64,000 nt of DNA. It comes from Camelus ferus (Eukaryota). Location: assembly GCF_009834535.1 (NCBI RefSeq), contig NC_045697.1:50160001-50224000 (forward strand), in the 5' to 3' direction. A program made the translations under genes and the position numbers. This document shows, in pieces, positions 1-12,431 of this stretch. The notes under the pieces are model-generated. The model was not told the origin of the DNA. It did no database searches and was given only the letters and a program-made list of their open reading frames with translations. Each line of letters opens with the position of its first letter. The first letter of the stretch is position 1.

Positions 1-639
1 TCTATATGAGCATAGATTCTCTCTGCCAAAAGAGTCCAAGTTCCCTGGGGAAATCTCAGGCCCCTAATGGAGACCAGACCCTTCTAGTGAGCTCACAAGT
101 TGTCTGGTGCCTCTGGCCAGGGTATGGCCAGACCTGGAGAGCCTGCCTTAGATAGAAGGCTCTCCTCCCATCTTTCCCTGAACCTGGATCTATAGAGTCT
201 GACCATTCTTGAATCCCCAGGCAGGAGATGAGTTTGCCTTATGACACTTAGCAATCTGTGATGCTGCCAGAGAGATCACACAACCACAGAAGGATGAGCC
301 TCCTTCCTGCTGCTGCCAAGTGCTGTCTTTTCAGAGGTCTTTTTTTGCTTCTGGCTGGGCAAACACCCCCCATGTGAAATCTTCCCCAGGCCTTACCGTT
401 GATAACATGCCCACCTCCTGTCCTGTACTTCTTCTGTACCTTACTTTCACCTTCTCTTTATAGTGCCAAGGGTACCACTTTACTATTACATCTTTACATG
501 GCTCTCTGCTCCACTGAAACCGTGAGGTCTTAGGAGGCTTTTTGTATGTCCAGCACAGCACATGGTACACAGAGAGTACTCAGTGTACACCAAAAAGTAG
601 GGTTACTTGGTCTGATTTAAATGCTTTAGGGTATGTGTA

Positions 640-852
640 TGGGGTCAAACCAAGGCTTGGCCCTTTATCAACTAGATAAACAAATTACTTAACCTCTCTG
701 TGTTTCATTTTTCTCACCTGCAAAATAGAGAACAATAAGTCTCTGCCTTTATAGGGTTGTGTGACTTAATATGTGAATGAGTCAAATCCATGAATCAATC
801 CATGAAAATGTGTGGCTGGCACATAGTAGAAATTCAATACATTTCAGCAACT
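640..852 (+). mobile_element. MIR SINE
   Basis: MIR core TTACTTAACCTCTCTGTGTTTCATTTT...CTGCAAAATAGAG. Confidence 0.75.
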
Positions 853-859
853 ATTCTTT

Positions 860-1078
860 TCTTTAGTTTTATTTCTTATTGAAGTGTAGTTGATTTACAA
901 TGTTAGTTTCAGGTGTACAGCAAAGCAAAGCAAAGCAAAGTTATACATACACATACATATGCATATTTTCTTTACAGAACTTTTCCATTATATGTTACTA
1001 CAAGAAATTGAATATGGTCCTTGTGCTCTACAGTAGGTCTTTGTTGATCTATTTTATATACAATAGTGTATCTGTTAA
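860..1078 (-). mobile_element. L1 3'-end fragment (artiodactyl-type 3' UTR)
   Basis: T-rich tail then TTATTGAAGTGTAGTTGATTTACAATGTT...TTTCAGGTGTACAGCAAAG. Confidence 0.8.
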
Positions 1079-1897
1079 TATTATTATTCCTGTTATTGTT
1101 ACTATCATTCTATTCATCATACTTTACAGCGATCTTTGATTTTGTTTTCTGTTCTTTAATTGTGCTGAGCATTCTGAGAGCAGAGACTAGTCTTATTTAA
1201 TCTAATATGCATGGAGGCTTGCCATGTACCTGACACAGAGTGGGTGCATTTCTCCTGATTATTGAGTGAATTAATTGAATAGATGTGACCGCAAAGGAGA
1301 TTCTTTGGGAAGAGAGGGCAAGAGAGTCTCTGGTCAATTAGTGCTGCAGCCGTGCATTTTTCTGGAAAAGCTGAAGTGGAAGAAATGGAGCTGAGCCCAG
1401 GTTATGTCATAATATTCCCAGCGAGATGACCTGAAGGCACACTTGTTACATGTGGAGAGAACATTCAGCAGTAGCACTGTGGGCTCTTTTTATTCCTTGT
1501 CTCTTGGCCTATAATTTGAAGTTTAACTGACCTTCATGCACAAAAATCCTAGTAATGAATTCAATTCATTTTTGAACAGAAGGTGATAAAAGTAATACTG
1601 TGCATCAGGAAAGTGGAAGAATTAATGAAGTAATTAACCTTAGTCAGCATGTGATATGACCCTGGCCCAAGGAACAGATAACAAAACAAGGAAAAATGCC
1701 TGGACTGAGAAAAGGGTTTATGATCAATGGGAAAAGGGGAGGACATTTGAAAGTCGTGCTTAAGGGGCAGTGATAGAAAAAATCTTTATGAGACGCGTAC
1801 TCTGGGACTGTCCCCATAGAAAGGATGTGGGTTGAAATTTGGGCTAATGACAAGCAGGGCATTGCAAGGGCAATTTTGGTGGAGAAAAAAGCAGCAG

Positions 1898-1899
1898 TT

Positions 1900-1973
<74 letters not shown>
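1898..1973 (+). repeat. (TTTC)19 microsatellite followed by a CT-rich tract to about 2035
   Basis: Perfect tetranucleotide array seen directly. Confidence 0.98.
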
Positions 1974-1974
<1 letters not shown>

Positions 1975-2699
1975 CTCTCTCTTTCTTTCTTCCATCTTCT
2001 CTTCCTCCTCCTCCTTTCTTTCTCTCTCCTTTTCTCTGTCTATGGCTTCTCTACTTGTTCCTGTCTCAACATTTTATCTAGCTTACATTATTGGAAACTC
2101 CTTGGAGTAATCTTTCCACTAGTGGTTGCCCTTCCTCTAGCCCCCACACTTCAAAAGAGACTTCCTTGGAGTTAATGTAATTCAGGAAAGACCCAGAGAT
2201 CCAGGTGGTCCAGATATGACCCTCCCTTGATGGCTATGCCTCCACCAACAGTTGTGAAGACCAGAGGTATGCATGCCCCAGACCTCTGTGTGCTACTGGT
2301 TAGAAAACTGTCCTTTCTCCACATTCAGTACTCTCTGCTTCACCTCCATTATCTTCCCTGAAGGCATCAGCACGTGTCTTGAGTTTGTTTGAATGACACG
2401 GGCAGAATCTTTGACCTGGAGGAAATTCACTTTCTAACCTTGCCACTGCTAATCTTGCCACTGCTATTAGAACCAGAACTGGCAGAATCCACTGTATATC
2501 TTTCACTCGTTCTTATGAATATACACCACTATATATTGAGTGTCTGTGACCCACATGACCCAGTTTGCACTCTGCAAAATACTGGGTGTCTGAGTAGGGT
2601 CTCTGCTCTCATGTACCCTATGATGTGGTCAAGGAGAACAGAGGTGGAAAAAAGGAGGCCAAAATGGTGACTTTCCTTCTGAGCTACAAGTCTCTTCAG

Positions 2700-3845
2700 G
2701 TTACACTAGGGGCATAAAGGAGAGACACATATATTCCACTAGGAACTGGAAAGTCAAGAAGAGCTTCCCAGTCGAGGTAATACCCTGAAATGTGAGCAGT
2801 ATCTGCCAGGTAGATAAGCGATCACAGGCTTTCAGGTCAGCAGAAGATGTTCAGCTTATGGTCAGGAAACTGCAAGTAGTTCAGATAGTCCAGTGGGACT
2901 GTAGTAGGGGGACAGTGAGGTGGCGACGGTCAGAGTGCAGGGTAGAAGGAACCAGAAGAGGCTGGATCATCAGAGCCTTTATATGCTGGCTGAGGGGTCT
3001 GAACTGACCCCTGGCCATGGGGAAGTATTGAAAGGTATTCAGCAGGGTGGCAACACATTTATTCATTTGTTCATTCAGTGTTTTATAGAATAAAAAGTTT
3101 TCGAACATGTTTCTTGCTGGGCGCTCTTCCAGGCATTAGAGCCACATCAATACACTAACAGTTAAAAATCTCTGCTCCTATGGAGTTTACTGTCTACTGG
3201 CAGGAAAAATATATATTATCAATTAGTTAATTATATAGTGTGTTAATAGGCCGTATGTACCAAATAAAAACATAGCACAGGTTAAGGGGGATCAGTGGCA
3301 CTTGGGAGAGAGGAAGAGTTGCAGTTTGAAAGAAGGTGATCAGAGATTTGAAGGAGCCACTGGAGTGAATGATGCAGCGTGTTGGAAGAAAGGAGATGCC
3401 ACAGGCAGAAGGAAGTTCTGGTCCAAAGGTCTGAAGGTGGGAGCAGGCCTGGCAAATGTGAAGAATCTTGAAGAGCCCTGAGGGCCTGCAGTTAAGTCAG
3501 GTAGGAGGAGCACAGGTGGCAACGAGGTCAGGGAAGTAATGGAAAGGGTGTCATGGGCTGTGCAGGGGCTTATAGACCCTATAAGGACTTTGGTTTAGTG
3601 AAATGAAGAGCCATTAGGAAGAGAAAGAGAGAGACAGAGAGAAGTAAAGGAATAATAGATCTAATATATCATTTTAAAATTCAAAAGGATCATTCAGCTA
3701 CCGAGCCAAACAGACTGTCCAGAACAAAAGCACACAGGCCAGTAAGGAGGCTCTTGTGCTAACTGAGGCAAGAGATAATGGTGGTTTGGACCAGAATGGT
3801 AGCAGTGGAAGAGATGGGAAGTGGTAGATTCTGGATATATTCAGA
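2700..3845 (-). mobile_element. L2 LINE fragments
   Basis: CATTTATTCATTTGTTCATTCA L2 3'-end signature at about 3056 and typical purine-rich L2 antisense text (GAGGCAAGAGATAATGGTGGTTTGGACCAG). Confidence 0.7.
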
Positions 3846-5689
3846 TTTTTATTGTGGAATTATCAGTATTGAGTTGTAGAGGGTAATATTTTACATGAGG
3901 GAACATTTATTGAGTGATTACTAGGCACCAGATACTAGTCTGAATACTTTTTATGTACTCATCCATTTATTTTCCCCAATAACCCAAAGAAAGAAGAATC
4001 ATTGTTATTCCCCACTTTATATATGAGAGAATTAAAGCAGAGAAATAATATTGGAGTTGGGAAAATCAGAAGCTTATTCCATGCACGAAATGATAAGGGT
4101 CCAAGTTAATGCAATAGCATTGGAAATGAAGCCGGAAACCAGGCTGTGAAGTGATAGGGAAGAGAAGATAATATTTTCCACCTGTAGCTATTTTATTTCC
4201 TTCTTTCTGAGTAGGGCATTGCATAAGTGGCCATTAAGGTGGTGCAGACGGCTTGAATCTCATCTCTGGGCAGAAATGCCTTTGCAGACATTTTCTCTGT
4301 AAAGCTATGAGAGACATTTATTGTCTGCAGAGCTATCGTTTTGATTTATGGGGGAAAATATTTTAGCTGATAATAAAGGAGATAGTTGTACTGCAGTGTA
4401 CATATATCCTTAAACTGAGAGAGATGGTGGAAATATACAAAATTGAGAGGGTTGAGGGAAGGTTTTTATAATAAATGTTTTAATTTTTTTTACCACACCA
4501 TCTTCTGCTAAGTAGATTTCTAAAGGAGAGGCATAATTTCTATCTTATCTGTAGGATGACAGGCAATGACAATTTGCAAGTCTGGAATGACTTGAAGTGG
4601 GTTTTATTAATGAAGTTGTCAGCACAAGGGAGACAGAAGGATATAGTGTACTAGCTTATGTATTGGATTCAGTGGTAGAAGACCTTGATTCTAGCTCTAA
4701 TGCTGAGACTCATGTTATAGAACTCCTTTATGCTGTATTTATAAAACAAAGGCGATAAGAGACAGCAATGGTAAGGGATGCTTCCAGGCTTTTTGAGGAA
4801 GAAGAAAGTACAAATGAAAGCTACATCATGAAAAACTAAACTTTCAAATTATGAACGCTTGGAGGGAGAGAGTTAAGGATATTTACTCACTCGAGGGGAT
4901 TTTTCTGTTGAATTTACCATTTTGACAGTTTGCCCAAAGAAAGGAATATAGCAGTTAGAAGTTATTAAGATTTACACACGTCATTTGTCATCACAGCTGG
5001 AACTCTCAATAACAGCTCTGCAGTCTAGACTACATTGCAAATCTGACCCTTCATCTTCTTGGGGCATCAACTATAGTTAAAAAGAACCCTTCCTTTAGAT
5101 GTCTTTGTTCATGGGAATATTTATTCTGTTTAAATGCAAGCTTATGTTCATACCCCTAAGTTAAATCTCCGTTTTGTGCCCTCAGGAATACATTAAAGAG
5201 TGTGATCTACATAGCTGAAAGATAGTGATTTGACCAGTGTCAAGATTTAACCTTATGCACTTCACATTTAAATGATTTGATAATTGACGTAATCTTGTAC
5301 TTGCTGATAGGTTAAGAATGCAGAAATTTTTAAATTGTATCATTTGTGAGACCAATCGACCATGATTTGCAATAAATATATTTTAGTGCTTAATTTTTAT
5401 TTCTGTGGGAGCCAGTGGGCATGTAAATATTATGGACCATAAACCAATAGTACCAGTTTTAAATTAAATTTTAAATTAAGTTGCAATTTGAAGATAGTCT
5501 AGAATATGGGAGACTTCTTAGCCATTTGTATGCTAATTGGTTTTTAAAATTATTTTCTAAATGTCTAGTTTCATGGCCTATTTAAGCAGAAATAGTTTCT
5601 TAGTGAACATTTGGTCACTTTAAAACAGTGTTGGAGGAAGAAAACTTGCAATATTGTATTAGCATTTTATGGCTGAAAAAGGCTGCTTA

Positions 5690-6110
5690 AAGTCATCTAG
5701 CCTTGGAATCTCAGAACCTCCAGGTTAAGAATGAAACGAAATTATTTGAATTGCCTTTATAATACACAGCATGTGCATTTCCAGTCATTAGGTCCCAAGG
5801 GAATCTATTATCTCATTAGAACTTTAGACAGATCTTTATATTGAATCCAAATTCATCTGCCTCGAACCCTTAGGTCCTTGTTGCAACCACTGGGACTGAG
5901 TAATTTGAATAGAATTCATTTTCCATGTGACAACTCTTCAAATATTTGAAGACATCTATCATGCAAGCCACCTTCCTTCCCTCCCTTCCTCCTTGCATTT
6001 GTCCTCTCTGCTTAAGGCTAAACAACCCAGAAAGAACTGTTATTTGTGAAACAGAGGCAAGAACCCTCACCAATCTGGTTAAATTTAGCAAACTATCATT
6101 TATGAGATAC
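5690..6110 (-). mobile_element. L3/CR1 LINE remnant (ORF2 C-terminus and 3' UTR)
   Basis: Minus-strand translation MIDVFKYLKSCHMENE resembles the CR1 ORF2 C-terminal motif (VFKYLKGCH). Confidence 0.65.
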
Positions 6111-6300
6111 ACATTCTTCCCTTTTGGGATGACTAAAAATAGATTTCCTTATCTGCAGTCTTTGGAAACTAATTTCACATAGATTACTAACAGCTCTTCC
6201 TCCTCCCCAGTGTTTTGGAATATAACTCATATGAATAGAAACACTTGATTTCATCAAAGGATTTGGGGACACTCTCAAAATTTCTACACTCATCTTGGAG

Positions 6301-7079
6301 TTTCTATTTTTAAATTTTAACTTATTAGGTCAAGAACACAACACGAGCTCTACCCTCGTAACAAAATTGTTAGTGTACGTGATGTTATTGTTGACTATGG
6401 GTACAATGGAAGGCGAATCTCTAGGGTGTATTCATCCTGCTGAACGGAAATTTTCTGCCGGTTGATCAGTACCTCCTCCTTTTTCCCTCTGCCTAGCCCC
6501 TGGCAACCACCACTCCTTTCTTTGATTCTAAGAATTTGCCTATTTTGGATATCTCATATAAATGGAATCATGCAATATTTTTTCTTTCTGGGACTGGCTT
6601 ATTTCACTTAGTATAATGTCCTCAAGGTTTGTCCACTGTGGTTGCATTTTGCAGAACTTACCTGTCAGATGGCTATTATATATACATAAAAAAAAAGACA
6701 GCAAGTGACAAGAGGAGAAATTGGGACCCTTGCACACTGTTGATGGGAATGTAAAATGGTGCAGCTACTATGGGAAATAGCAAAAAGTTTCCTCAGAATA
6801 TTAAAAATAGAACTACCATATGAACCAGCAGTCCTACATCTGGATATTCATTCCAAAGAACTGAAATCAGGAATCTTGAAGAGATATTAACACTCCTATC
6901 TATGGTTACTGAGTTAACAATAACAATAATAGAGGTATTAACACTCCTATCTATGGTCACTGAATAACAATAGGATGTAGAAACAATCTAAATGTCCATA
7001 GACCAATGGATGGATAAAGACAATGTACTATGTACATACAATGAAATACTGTTCAGCTTGAAAAAATAAGGAAATTCTT
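6301..7079 (-). mobile_element. 5'-inverted L1 (L1MA-like) with target-site duplication
   Basis: Minus-strand 3' end at about 6301-6657, inverted plus-strand segment at about 6658-7079; CACTCATCTTGG on both flanks (6287-6298, 7080-7091). Confidence 0.85.
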
Positions 7080-7879
7080 CACTCATCTTGGGTTTTGATA
7101 CCTTTTCAGATGTTCTTTTTATTCCCTTTTGTTATGCTTGGCAGAAAAGAAATCAAATCACAATAAAAATGAAAAAAGTTTACATGTGTATGTGTATGTG
7201 TGTGCTTAAGAGAGATTCAAGTGTGTTGCACCATTGGCACAGAGTGATTGGTCATGTTCCTCTTTGATATTTTCATTATGAACATAAATGAAGTTCTGTG
7301 ATCATGTTCTGAGAGTCATTTTCACATTTCTCAGCCTCTTCAGAGGCTGTTCTCACAGGTCTGTGACAGTCACCCTTGACTGCATTCCAATATGTGACTT
7401 CCCCTCCAAATTTTATAGAATGTTTAACTGAAATGATCAATAATTATATAATTGGATGTGTTTTTTAGAGCTTTCACCCTTTTTAGCTTCCCAAGCCCTA
7501 CTAATATGCCTGTTTTTCTCTGAGATGCTTTTGAAAGCTTGTCTTCTTTCAATTGATGCTACATAGTTGATTCCAGTCTTCTCCTCTGTGGCCATAACTA
7601 ATTCTAGGGTCACACCATCATTTTTCTCTTCTGTTTTATTTTGCTTAACCCAATATCACCTCGTGAATTAGAATTAAATCCAGCGCAGCAATTCCTCCGT
7701 CTCTTCCTCTATATTTTGAAGAGATGCAACTTTTCAGGAAGTCAAGTGAAGAACTCATTAGATACACTGTTGCTCTCAAATAAGACTTTCAGCAGGTGTC
7801 TAGAGGATTGGCCTCACTCACTGCTACTATTTGAGCCACTTGAAGTCACAGGGAATGATTTCCCACTAAGTCACTGGAT

Positions 7880-8120
7880 TTGAAGAGTGTGTCCAGGATT
7901 CAGAACTTGAGCATGTGCAGCGTAGCTCTGCCGACCATCAGCTACGTGGCTTTGGGCAACTTATTTAATTTCCGTGTTTTACTTCCCTCAGTGCGAAATG
8001 AGAATAACAATAATACATAATTCACAATGTATTTGGTGAGCATTTAAAATATTAATGTACATAAAGTGCTTAGAATGGTGCCTGTTAGACCCATAAGCAT
8101 CAATAAGTGTTCACTGTAAA
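7880..8120 (+). mobile_element. MIR SINE
   Basis: TTTGGGCAACTTATTTAAT...AAAGTGCTTAGAATGGTGCCTG...CAATAAGTGTT. Confidence 0.75.
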
Positions 8121-10334
8121 TATTGTTCTAGGAGAGGATTGATGAACTCACGTAGCCTGAACTGAAAAAATTTCCTCCCCTACCCATGAAAGAGGCCTAT
8201 AGGGTATTGGGGAGGAGACAGAAACATTCACCTTGTCCACAGTAAGTTTCTTCACTGTGGGACAAAGGATGCTACAGGCGAAATGTCCTCATATCAGATG
8301 TGTTCATTTGGGTAACATCAATACCTTCTAATACAATGGTGCAAGGTGGGTATTCAATATATATTTGGCGAACTAGAATGTAGGGACAAAAGAAGAAAAA
8401 AATTGAAGAGGGGACAATTTTGCCACTGTGTGGGTTAGGAAAATATTTTCTATTTGGCCAGTTGTTTGCAAGTCTTCCCACAATGTTACTTCTATTTCTC
8501 TATTCCTTACCCCTCCCTCAACATTTTTTTTTGACCCCTGATGCATTCTACTGTGCTTCATAAGTCTGCTTTCCTGAGATTCCTATAGAGGTTTCTCCAC
8601 CTCCTCTTCTAACAACTTCTTTCTAATCTTTTGTTCCAATAATTGCTACAATTGCACCAAATCTTGGGATAAATTTGAAGCTACCAAATGAAAGAAGGTC
8701 AGAGGGATCTACGGGAGTACCAGAGGGAAAAACAGTGCCCAAGAATTTCATGGAATTTCAGGCTCACTGTTACTTTCCCATCAGAGCTTTGCTCAGTGCT
8801 CTATCCTTCCCTCCACTAGGACTATTAGTAAGAGAAGGTTAGTGAAGGAAACCAGTTCCTACTAGTTCTTCCTATGTAATCTATAAACAGACTTCAAAAT
8901 AGATGAACAACTATAATACACTGAATAATTTCCAATATGCCAGATTTTGCCTTAGGGATATATATCACTGGGAATCAAAAAAACTGTGCCAATCATTACT
9001 ATCACATTTTGGAAATGAGAAAACTGAGGTTCAGAGAAAAGAGTAATTTGTGATCCAGACATTCAGTGACAAGCTCCAATTCGAACAGACTAAACAACCT
9101 TCCAAACCAATTGTATGTAGTATTCCACTCTATTGTCCCACCCAGAAGAGTGCCTTGCTGATGGGAAACTATGACCATGTAGAAAGGGATGAAGCCATTG
9201 TGGCAGGTGTATTAGGGAGGGATGTCTAGGGCCTGCCATGTTACAGCATTAAAATCATTAAGCGTCTTAGGTGATTGCCTACTTAGTCCACAACTAGGGC
9301 CTACACACAAACCCAGATTAAGAAAAACATCAGAAGTATCTTTTTGAAGTATGTATGAATATGATCAAAGGAGAAGGTCATAATGATGACCTGAAACTGA
9401 TAGATAAAATATTACAGAGAGGGTTATATTTAAGATTTATTAAACTTCTCTTAAACTGCCATTTAAAAAAGACAGCAAGTCAAACAGACTGAGGCATGCA
9501 TATGAAAAAAACAATCCCTGAAAGACTGAAGAGGAAGGCATGATAAAATAGGTAAGGAAAAATAAAGGAAAAATAATAACCCCCTTCCCTGAGACAAACT
9601 AGATTGTAAAGCATAATCACCTGCATACAGCTTCTGAGCACTGAGTTCTTCACTCATGTACTACTGACTTTTAATAATCCATAATGCATAACGTTTATCA
9701 CTAGTATAAAACATTATATTCACCATTCATATTTCTTTTTATTCATCTACCCTTATTCAATTAAATACTGTTAATGAACACTAGGAAATCTTCCTTTACT
9801 GAATGCTTAAAAGTCATAATTTGGAGAATATGTGCTGATCTTGAATGGATACATTCCAGAATTTTCCTTTCTACCACCACATGTGTGTCTGTCCACATAG
9901 GTGTTGTGCCCCACAAGTAACCACAAGCATATTTTGTCCTGCCCAGAGAAGGGGGTGGAGTGTCCCTGCTGGAGGCTGCTTTGTGTGGGAAGAGGAAAGA
10001 TTGATGCTTAAAGGCCTCTGAAGGCATTCACTTAAGCCTCACACCAGATTCGGAAGGGCTGGTTATACCAGCCTAAAGCTGGAACAGGAAAAATACCATT
10101 CAAGCAAACTCTGGCTTGCGGAGTCTGGGTATACAAGTTGTACCTTGTGACTCTGGTGTCGATTTGACCCGTTCTTATTTTAGTAACAGCTCAGGTTACA
10201 ATCTAAAGCATGGAGACACACCTCAGTTACATGAATGATTCCTCAAGAAGGTCAGTTCTTACCTCCTACTCTTTCTAAGATAGTGGCTGGAACTCAGATT
10301 TACCTTCTCCTGTGGTGAATGAATTGGGAGACAC

Positions 10335-10460
10335 AGAAAGAAGAAGGGGGAGGAAGAGGAGGAGGAGAAGGAAGAGAAATAAGGAAGGAAGGCAGGAAGA
10401 AAGGAAGGAAGAAAGGGGGGCAGGCGAAGGAAAGCAAGAGGAAGAGAAAGATAGAAAAAA
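10335..10460 (+). repeat. GA-rich low-complexity tract
   Basis: Almost pure purine run made of GAG/GGAA units. Confidence 0.85.
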
Positions 10461-12253
10461 GTTGCTTGACCTTAAAGAGATTGGAACTCTGGTGCCAGAA
10501 AATTTGGAAGGCATATTCTCTGGTGTACTTTTTACTTTTGGCAGTGAATAAAGCCCTTAGGGAATGATATTAATTTATCTGGCCTACTTAACATATTAAA
10601 GTACACTATTTCATACTCTAGTGGCCTGGAAAAGTTAATTTACCATTCAAGTGGCATGAATATCAAGTCCTGGCACTTTACAATATTCGACAAACACCTG
10701 GTATTGTTTGCCTAGGTTTGCTTTATTTTATATTAGGATCTATGAAGAAGGAAAATAAAATAATAAGGTTCTGTTGAGGATAGCAGGATGGTTGTTGGCT
10801 AGGGTACCATCTCAGAGTGAGAGTTGCCTTAACAAAGGTCCTGATGCAGAGAGAAGGAGAGAGTATTAGAAAGAAAAAGGGAAGGATGGAGATTGAAAGG
10901 AGAGAGATGATGTCAAATCCACTGGTTTCTTTTTCTCTTGACCTTTTTACCTGAGATTAGTGTGTTTTCCATCTTTCCCACAATCTTGGATTTCTCTCAA
11001 CCTCATGCTTGTCCTCTCTACCGATTCTTTATGAGCTGACATGTGGGGGCTAGAATGGGATTCTGAAAATTAACTGATTTTTAGACCTCTGGATATACTC
11101 GTTGCCTAGGGCACTAAAATAATGTGAATTGGTTTTGAAATGAAATGTCACTTGTGGAAGAAAAGTGCATAATAATTTGTTTAATTTAAACAATGAGGTG
11201 GAAAGGGCAGACATCTGAACTGCATTTCTTACATAAATGAATGTTTATCAGACTTCGGATGTTCTAGAAATACAACTTTTGTACTGAGGGGGCATGATTA
11301 CACATACAGATCTCGCAGGAGGAATATAGATCAGCATGAAAACCGCTGTACCCTTTGGTTATTTTGGAGGCAAATATATGGATCACGTAAGGTAAAACTA
11401 GTTGCTGCTTTCTCTCTTTAAAAGCTGTAAGGATGCCTTCGTGTTCCAGAAAATGCTTGGCGCAGAACCATCAGATCCCCCCTCTCCCTAAAGCGGAGAT
11501 GTGATGGAGTAGAGATCCTGCTTGGCAGGCCACAAAATGCAAAAAGCATTCTCCTTGTTCTCAGAGATTTGACAAAGTAGAGGAGTAAAAAAAAAAATAA
11601 ATAAATGAAAATACAATGAATAAACGAGTAAATGGAGAAATAAAAAATGTAAGTGACATTTCTAAAATAGCTCCTGGTGAGCGCAAACTCCAAGATACTC
11701 AACAAATTATATATAGAAAAGAAAGGATTGTAGATTGTCAAATGCCTGAGGTTAACCACAGTGGGTGTTGGCTCTGGTCCCTCCAAGACAACAGCAGTTG
11801 GCTGAAATAAGGGAAGTTAGAATTCCAGCCCGGACGGGTCTCTGAGTCTTGTTCAGTGGGTTCCAGGAGTTCATAGCCGGCTTTCCCCAGCTCTGCCTGC
11901 AGGCCCCTTACCTCGGACCCCTCCGCGCGCACCCTCCTCCGCGCACTCACCACCTCCTCGACTCCCCAGGGACAGGGACAGGAACCAGCAGGTGCGACCC
12001 AGCAGGGGGAGTGGTGAGCTGGCCCGAGGGCAGCCCGAAAGTGTCCTGGAGCGTGGGTGTGGGTGTGGGGTAACTTGGGTGGGAACAACGTAGAGGCCAC
12101 CACCACGAAGTCCTGCGCCTCTTCGGCGGGGTGTGTGCAGAAAGAGTGCGGATAAATAAGAGGCACCCTCCTCCCGGCGACATTCGCCTGGCCGGCCGGC
12201 CGCCCGCCCTGGGTGTTTGCCCGAGCGGTAGCCAGGGTGCCAGCGTGTGGAGT

Positions 12254-12265
12254 AGTTTCGTTTCC
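12254..12265 (+). promoter_or_regulatory. ISRE/IRF-like motif AGTTTCGTTTCC
   Basis: Direct match to the AGTTTCN(N)TTTCC consensus, 103-114 nt upstream of the ATG. Confidence 0.55.
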
Positions 12266-12367
12266 TGCTGGCTCCGGGATCCGTTTCCAGGCACCCCGTC
12301 CCGGGAAGAGGGCGCAGGAGGAGGCGGGAGACTTGTCTCGGGGCTGCCGGGCCCCGCAGCGGGGTTG

Positions 12368-12431
12368 ATGGCCCGGGTCGCCCCGGGCAGCAGCGCCAGC
12401 AAATTGCCGCTGCTTCTGGCCCTCGCCCTGG
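12368..12431 (+). CDS. BTC: Betacellulin coding exon 1 (signal peptide start, MARVAPGSSASKLPLLLALALG)
   Basis: ATG at 12368 within the CpG island; 64 nt ending G|GTAAGT (phase 1); peptide resembles the recalled bovine/human BTC N-terminus. Confidence 0.97.

Noticed and set aside
1786..2175. ORFs with repetitive ERKK / SFFL peptides
   Set aside because: Translations of the (TTTC)19 microsatellite
2300..2506. 68-aa minus-strand ORF with a signal-peptide-like N-terminus
   Set aside because: The apparent hydrophobic repeat (AVARL twice) comes from a 15-bp tandem duplication; no recognisable homologue, promoter or splice context
10275..10567. Arg/Glu/Lys-rich ORFs
   Set aside because: Arise from the GA-rich low-complexity tract
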